Below, one piece after another: positions 56,522-61,055 of a stretch of 64,000 nt of DNA (the stretch's first letter is position 1; each line of letters starts with the position of its first letter). Made by a program: the position numbers and the translations under genes. The notes beneath the pieces are model-generated. The model worked only from the letters and a program-made list of their open reading frames with translations. It did not search any database and was not told the origin of the DNA. The stretch comes from an uncultured Ardenticatenaceae bacterium (lineage in GTDB: Bacteria > Chloroflexota > Anaerolineae > Promineifilales > Promineifilaceae): positions 54,980 through 118,979 of the forward strand of contig CAZXVH010000001.1 in assembly GCA_964643965.1 (NCBI GenBank), in the 5' to 3' direction.

Positions 56522-58336
56522 ATGTCAACAATTATGCAACTGAACGAAGATCAACAAGCGATGCTGAACGGCGAACGAGGCGCGGCCAAACAGATGGGTA
56601 TGCGCCTGGTTTTAGACCTGGCCGCTGCTGCCGGGGCCACTGAGCTTATTCCCATCCAAAGCGCCCATATTTCCGGCGTGTCGCCGCTGACGGGCGGGCT
56701 GGGGCTGCGCCAATTTCTGGCGAAACTCTCCGGTGATGAACAAGCAAAAGTGGCTGTGCCGACTACACTTAATGCGGCCGGCTGTGACGAAGACCAGTTT
56801 GATGAGATGAAAATCGTCGTGCCTGACTTCCGGGAACACAATCATGAAATTGTGGCCTATTATACGCAGTTGGGCGTCCAGCCGACCCAATCTTGCACCC
56901 CGTATGAATGGGATGGCGTCGTCACCGAAGGGGTGGCGGCGTGGGCGGAATCGAACGCCATCTGCTTTGGCAATTCTTACTGCGGCCTGCTGACCAACCG
57001 CGAATCGGGGCTATCAGCGCTGGCTAGTGCGCTGACGGGTTACACGCCCAAATATGGCTTGCTGGCCGACGGCGCTCGTCAGCCCAATTTGCTGGTTGAG
57101 GTGACGGCAACAATGAGCGACCCCGCAGACTTTTCGATTTTGGGTGACTGGATTGGCATGCAGCGCAAACCATCCTGGAAGACGCCGCTTGGCCCCATTC
57201 CTCTGATTAAAGGGCTGCCGGCCGATTTAGACCATGAACAGCGCAAAGCGTTAGCGGCGGCCGCTGCCAATTACGGCTGTCCCCTGCTCTACATCGACGG
57301 CGAAGGGGATATTCCGGCCGGTGATATGCAAGATGAACTGGTATTTAGCCAGGTTGAATTGCAAAAACGATATGATGAGCTGCGTCCGCGGGTTCCCGTT
57401 TCTCTCGTCACTATTGGTTGTCCCCAGGCGTCGGTGGGAGAATTACGGGCAGCGGCCGTTCTGCTCAAAGGTAAAACGCTGCCCGCCGACGCCCCGCCCT
57501 TGTGGGTCTTCACTTCCTCTCACAACAAAGCCATCGCCGAAAAAACGGGCCTCGCCGACATCATCCGCGACAGCGGGGCGCTGCTGCTGGAAAACACCTG
57601 TCCCGAAGTGGTGCCTTACGACCAAAGCTGGGTACACCACATCCTCACCGACTCCATGAAAGCGGAGCATTACATCAAGTCTGGCTTAAACGGCATTCAT
57701 ACGTCGGTGATGACGGTGGCGGATTGCATAAGCGTGGCAAGTGGCGAGTTGCAGGTGGCGGAAGAGAAATTTACGAGTAACGATTTACGAACTCGTCCTG
57801 AGCTTGTCGAAGGATTGACGATTGAGGGCGAACAGCTAACAGATGAGGGTGTGGCGCACAGGGGGGAAACGGCCGTTTTGCAAACTGGCTCTTTTGAATC
57901 TGCGGGTCATGGATTGCCCTCGCAGGCGGATTTTAGGGTGAAGGGGCAGGCGTTTGTGACGGATACGCCGATTACGCTGTTGGGTTTTGTCAATCGGGAA
58001 ACGGGGGTGATTGAAGAGCCGGGTCATCCGATGAATGGGCAGAGCATGGCGGACAAGATCGCCATCTTCCCCAAGGGCAGCGGCTCGACGGTGGCGCCGT
58101 ATGTGCTGCTGGAGTTATTCTATCGGGGCAAGGCGCCGCTGGCGATTGTGAACACGGATATCGACCAGCAAAGTGCGCCAGCCTGTTCGTTGGAAGGGAT
58201 TCCGTATGCGTACAGTTTTGATGGGGATGTGATCGGGGGAATCAACAATGGAGACACTATCGAGTTGAGGCGGGTGGGCGAGCAGGTGGTGGTGCGGGTG
58301 TTGGAGCGGGTGACGGGGGTGGTTGGTAATGGTTAA
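56522..58336 (+). CDS. Aconitase X (AcnX) with fused large (DUF521) and small/swivel (DUF126) modules
   Basis: N-terminus LNEDQQAMLNGERGAAKQMGMRLV...IPIQSAHISG typical of DUF521. C-terminus GQSMADKIAIFPKGSGSTVAPYVLLEL..GKAPLAIVN typical of DUF126. Roughly 45-aa linker. Confidence 0.8.
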   Translation: MSTIMQLNEDQQAMLNGERGAAKQMGMRLVLDLAAAAGATELIPIQSAHISGVSPLTGGLGLRQFLAKLSGDEQAKVAVPTTLNAAGCDEDQFDEMKIVVPDFREHNHEIVAYYTQLGVQPTQSCTPYEWDGVVTEGVAAWAESNAICFGNSYCGLLTNRESGLSALASALTGYTPKYGLLADGARQPNLLVEVTATMSDPADFSILGDWIGMQRKPSWKTPLGPIPLIKGLPADLDHEQRKALAAAAANYGCPLLYIDGEGDIPAGDMQDELVFSQVELQKRYDELRPRVPVSLVTIGCPQASVGELRAAAVLLKGKTLPADAPPLWVFTSSHNKAIAEKTGLADIIRDSGALLLENTCPEVVPYDQSWVHHILTDSMKAEHYIKSGLNGIHTSVMTVADCISVASGELQVAEEKFTSNDLRTRPELVEGLTIEGEQLTDEGVAHRGETAVLQTGSFESAGHGLPSQADFRVKGQAFVTDTPITLLGFVNRETGVIEEPGHPMNGQSMADKIAIFPKGSGSTVAPYVLLELFYRGKAPLAIVNTDIDQQSAPACSLEGIPYAYSFDGDVIGGINNGDTIELRRVGEQVVVRVLERVTGVVGNG

Positions 58337-58540
58337 TTGCAACGGGAGGAGTCATTATCCGTTTCTTGTTCTTAGTTGATTGTCAAAACGGCCGTTTCCT
58401 GGCAGGCAACTGACTAATCTTGAGTCCTCCGAAGAAAGCCCTTTTTTACCGCGGAGGACGCAGAGATCGCAGAGAGGTACTCTGGTTTTTTTAATTCTCC
58501 GCGCCCTCCGCGCTCTCTGCGGTTAGTTTTTTCGGTGCAG

Positions 58541-58568
58541 TCAATCTTTGATCTTCAATCTTCGGGGG
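58541..58568. repeat. Intergenic repeat word TCAATCTTTGATCTTCAATCTTCGGGGG (copy A; partial extra copy at 58411-58424)
   Basis: Near-identical words at 59560-59590 and 60319-60347. Confidence 0.8.
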
Positions 58569-58598
58569 CTATAAGCCATCAAACCCATACTGATTGTA

Positions 58599-58607
58599 TG
58601 TTATAAT
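58599..58607 (+). promoter_or_regulatory. Candidate extended -10 promoter (TGtTATAAT)
   Basis: 39 nt upstream of the ATG at 58646; TAGGAGTA RBS follows, same layout as at 59611. Confidence 0.45.
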
Positions 58608-58645
58608 GTTCTCAAATTATGCGCTGATGATAGGAGTATCATTTA

Positions 58646-58882
58646 ATGATGTCACCAATTTATGAAGAAATAATAGATTTTATCGCGGCTGGCACCACAC
58701 CTCGCAGTTTGGTTGATTTTCAACCATCCGACACAACAAAAAGCCGGGTGGCTGATTTAATTCAGCGTGAAAAAACAGAAGGTTTGTCTGCTGAAGAAAC
58801 GGAAGAATTGGATCATTATCTACAGCTAGAACATTTGATGCGTCTGGCAAAAGCCCGTGCCCGTCAACATCTCCATTCATGA
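58646..58882 (+). CDS. Small acidic protein, putative antitoxin-like partner of the downstream HNH gene
   Basis: 78 aa, TAGGAGTA RBS, 4-nt overlap (ATGA) with the next gene. Confidence 0.5.
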   Translation: MMSPIYEEIIDFIAAGTTPRSLVDFQPSDTTKSRVADLIQREKTEGLSAEETEELDHYLQLEHLMRLAKARARQHLHS

Positions 58883-59293
58883 GCAAAACCTATATCTCGC
58901 CTGAACTGCGCCAACAAGTTGCAGAGCGAGCTAACCATCGGTGTGAATATTGTCTGATTCACGAAGATGATACGTATTTGGTCTGTCAGGTAGACCATAT
59001 CATCAGTGAAAAACACGGCGGCCCCCACTCAATTAGACAATCTGGCCTATGCTTGTGTCTATTGTAATCGGTTCAAGGGGAGCGATATTGGTTCCGTATA
59101 CTGGCCGTCAGAGGAAATCGTGCGTTTTTATAACCCGCGCACAGACCAATGGGCTGATCATTTTCAGGTACAGGATGTTACGATTGTTCCCCTAACGACT
59201 ATCGGTGAAGTCACAATTCGTGTCTTTAAATTCAATCATATTGACCGGTTGTTAGAGCGCCAGGAACTTGTTGCCAGAGGTAGATATCCGTAG
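58879..59293 (+). pseudogene. HNH endonuclease disrupted by a frameshift in a C5 run
   Basis: Frame A gives ...NHRCEYCLIHEDD...VDHIISEKHGGP. Frame B continues TQLDNLAYACVYCNRFKGSDIG.... Removing one C at 59022-59026 fuses them into a canonical HNH (H..H..N..C..C). Confidence 0.6.
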
Positions 59294-59559
59294 GATTTAT
59301 CAGGTATCCGGGCCAGGCCTTTCTCGGATACTCTGCTGGGGCCTGGTTTTCCATTTGGGGCTGCGGGCGTGTCTCCGACCGAGCCGCACAGCATTCAAGA
59401 GGGCAACCCTTCGCTGTTAGAATCTGCTCTGCACCTTTGTTGTCATTCCCACTGATGCAAAATTGGTTGGTATGGCCTGGGTTTCATGCCACGTAGAGCG
59501 TGGAACGAGATAAAGATCATCGCGGAAAGTAAACGGCCGTTTCCCACCCATCAAGCAAA

Positions 59560-59590
59560 TGACTAATCTTTGATCTTTAATTTTCGGGGG
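59560..59590. repeat. Intergenic repeat word TGACTAATCTTTGATCTTTAATTTTCGGGGG (copy B), bracketed by two AACGGCCGTT palindromes
   Basis: Read directly; palindromes at 59532 and 59594. Confidence 0.8.
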
Positions 59591-59610
59591 AGTAACGGCC
59601 GTTCCCCTTA

Positions 59611-59619
59611 TGCTATAAT
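59611..59619 (+). promoter_or_regulatory. Candidate extended -10 promoter (TGcTATAAT)
   Basis: 34 nt upstream of the ATG at 59653; TAGGAGTA RBS. Confidence 0.45.
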
Positions 59620-59652
59620 AGCGGGCACAGACTAATTCTGTAGGAGTACGAG

Positions 59653-59925
59653 ATGACAACAAATCTTTTAGAAAACCTCATTGTAATCGATCCAAAACGA
59701 CACAAAGGACGTCCCGTTATTGCTGGAACTGGGGTGACGGTACGCACCGTTGTAGGACATTACAAACTTGGGCTATCCGCAGAAGAAATCGCTGATGATA
59801 TGAATATCTCGCTGGCTGGGGTTTATGCCGCATTGGCATATTATCATGCTAACACACCAGAAATCGAAGCAGACATCACAGCTAACACGGAAGCCCCAGT
59901 CATGACTGAGTTTGCCCATGGCTGA
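59653..59925 (+). CDS. DUF433-family antitoxin-like protein
   Basis: DPKRHKGRPVIAGTGVTVRTVVGHYKLGLSAEEIADDM is the DUF433 signature as I recall it. Confidence 0.7.
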   Translation: MTTNLLENLIVIDPKRHKGRPVIAGTGVTVRTVVGHYKLGLSAEEIADDMNISLAGVYAALAYYHANTPEIEADITANTEAPVMTEFAHG

Positions 59926-60276
59926 TCTTATTCGCCTTTACCTGGATGAAGACACAATTAGTCGCGCCCTCATCCGCTCCTTACGTGCCAGACAAGTTGA
60001 TCTACTCACCGCTCAAGAAACCAATCATTAGGCATGTCTGATGAGGCACAACTTCACTTTGCCGCACAAGAAAAACGCACTTTATTCACATTCAATACCC
60101 GTGATTTTGTGCAATTGCATCAAAGTTATTTGCGAGAAAACAAGCACCATGCCGGCATTATCGTTTCTGACCAACTTCAAGTTGGACTGTTGACCAAACG
60201 TCTCCTCAAATTACTCGATGCAAAAACTGCACCTGATATGCAAGATTGGTTGGAATTCTTGAGCAACTGGCGGTAG
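59918..60276 (+). pseudogene. DUF5615 (PIN-like/Mut7-C) toxin-like gene disrupted by a 1-nt deletion
   Basis: ATG 59918 reads MADLIRLYLDEDTISRALIRSLRARQVDLLTAQETNH then TAG (60029-60031). The rest (MSDEAQLHFAAQEKRTLFTFNTRDF...HAGIIV) is in the +2 frame from 60034. One extra T in CATTAGG would give ..NHLGMSDE.. Confidence 0.55.
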
Positions 60277-60318
60277 CAACGTTATCCGTTTTCTGTTCTC
60301 AGAAGGCTGGCAAGCAAG

Positions 60319-60347
60319 TGCCTAATCTTTGATTTTCAATCTTTGGG
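60319..60347. repeat. Intergenic repeat word TGCCTAATCTTTGATTTTCAATCTTTGGG (copy C), followed by AACGGCCGTT
   Basis: Read directly. Also TTATCCGTTTTCTGTTCTCAG at 60282, matching TTATCCGTTTCTTGTTCTTAG at 58355. Confidence 0.8.
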
Positions 60348-60498
60348 CAATAACGGCCGTTTTTCAATGGAAGGAAACTAAAGTTTTTTCTCCGCTAACT
60401 GAATAAACGCTTCCGCCCCTTCCTTTCTGCTCCCCGTTTCTGCTTTCTGCCTTTGTCGGACTGTTGAGGTAAAATGGAAGGCTTGGAAGAGGCTGAAA

Positions 60499-61035
60499 AT
60501 GATGCAAAACATTGGTCAAATCACGCTGGAAGATCAGCCGGAATGGCTGAAAATTGTGATGCCCATTCGGCGCAACTGGCTGCTGCTGCTGCTGTTTTCT
60601 GCGGCGCTGCTGGTGTGGCTGCTGTTTCTGGGGGGCATGGTGCTGTTCTTGATCCGAGATGTGATGATGGCCGGGGAGCGCTTTACCTTTGCTTTTTCTA
60701 TCATCCTGCTCATCTGGGTGGCAATCTGGTTGTGGTTGGGTAAGCTGGTTTGGCAGCGCTGGCAGTATTATGCTGCTGGCCGGGAGATCATGTTCATCAA
60801 CAAGGATCGCCTCATTTTGCGCCGGCCCGTCACCATTTGGGGCTTAACAGACGCCTTTGATATGGCCTATGTGCAGCCGTTTTACCGGAGTGACAAGCAT
60901 CATTGCCCCACCTTTGATTATGGCAGCCAAAAGATTTACTTTGGCGTCGATTTAACTGAGAGCGAGGGCGCCCAGTTGGTTAAAACGTTGAACACCCTCT
61001 ACTTTCGCGGTTATGACCCCGAGGATGACGAATAG
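60499..61035 (+). CDS. Two-TM membrane protein, unknown function
   Basis: Hydrophobic helices LLLLLFSAALLVWLLFLGGMVLFLI and FAFSIILLIWVAIWLWLG; 20 nt upstream of the cyclase gene. Confidence 0.6.
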   Translation: MMQNIGQITLEDQPEWLKIVMPIRRNWLLLLLFSAALLVWLLFLGGMVLFLIRDVMMAGERFTFAFSIILLIWVAIWLWLGKLVWQRWQYYAAGREIMFINKDRLILRRPVTIWGLTDAFDMAYVQPFYRSDKHHCPTFDYGSQKIYFGVDLTESEGAQLVKTLNTLYFRGYDPEDDE

Positions 61036-61055
61036 CCACCTCTTTTAGTTACCCC

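Noticed and set aside
58337-60370. Integron-like cassette array (attC sites) for the repeated elements between the TA cassettes
   Set aside because: No intI integrase or attI is in the window. The repeats lack the RYYYAAC / GTTRRRY inverse-core and core pair at their ends that defines attC sites.
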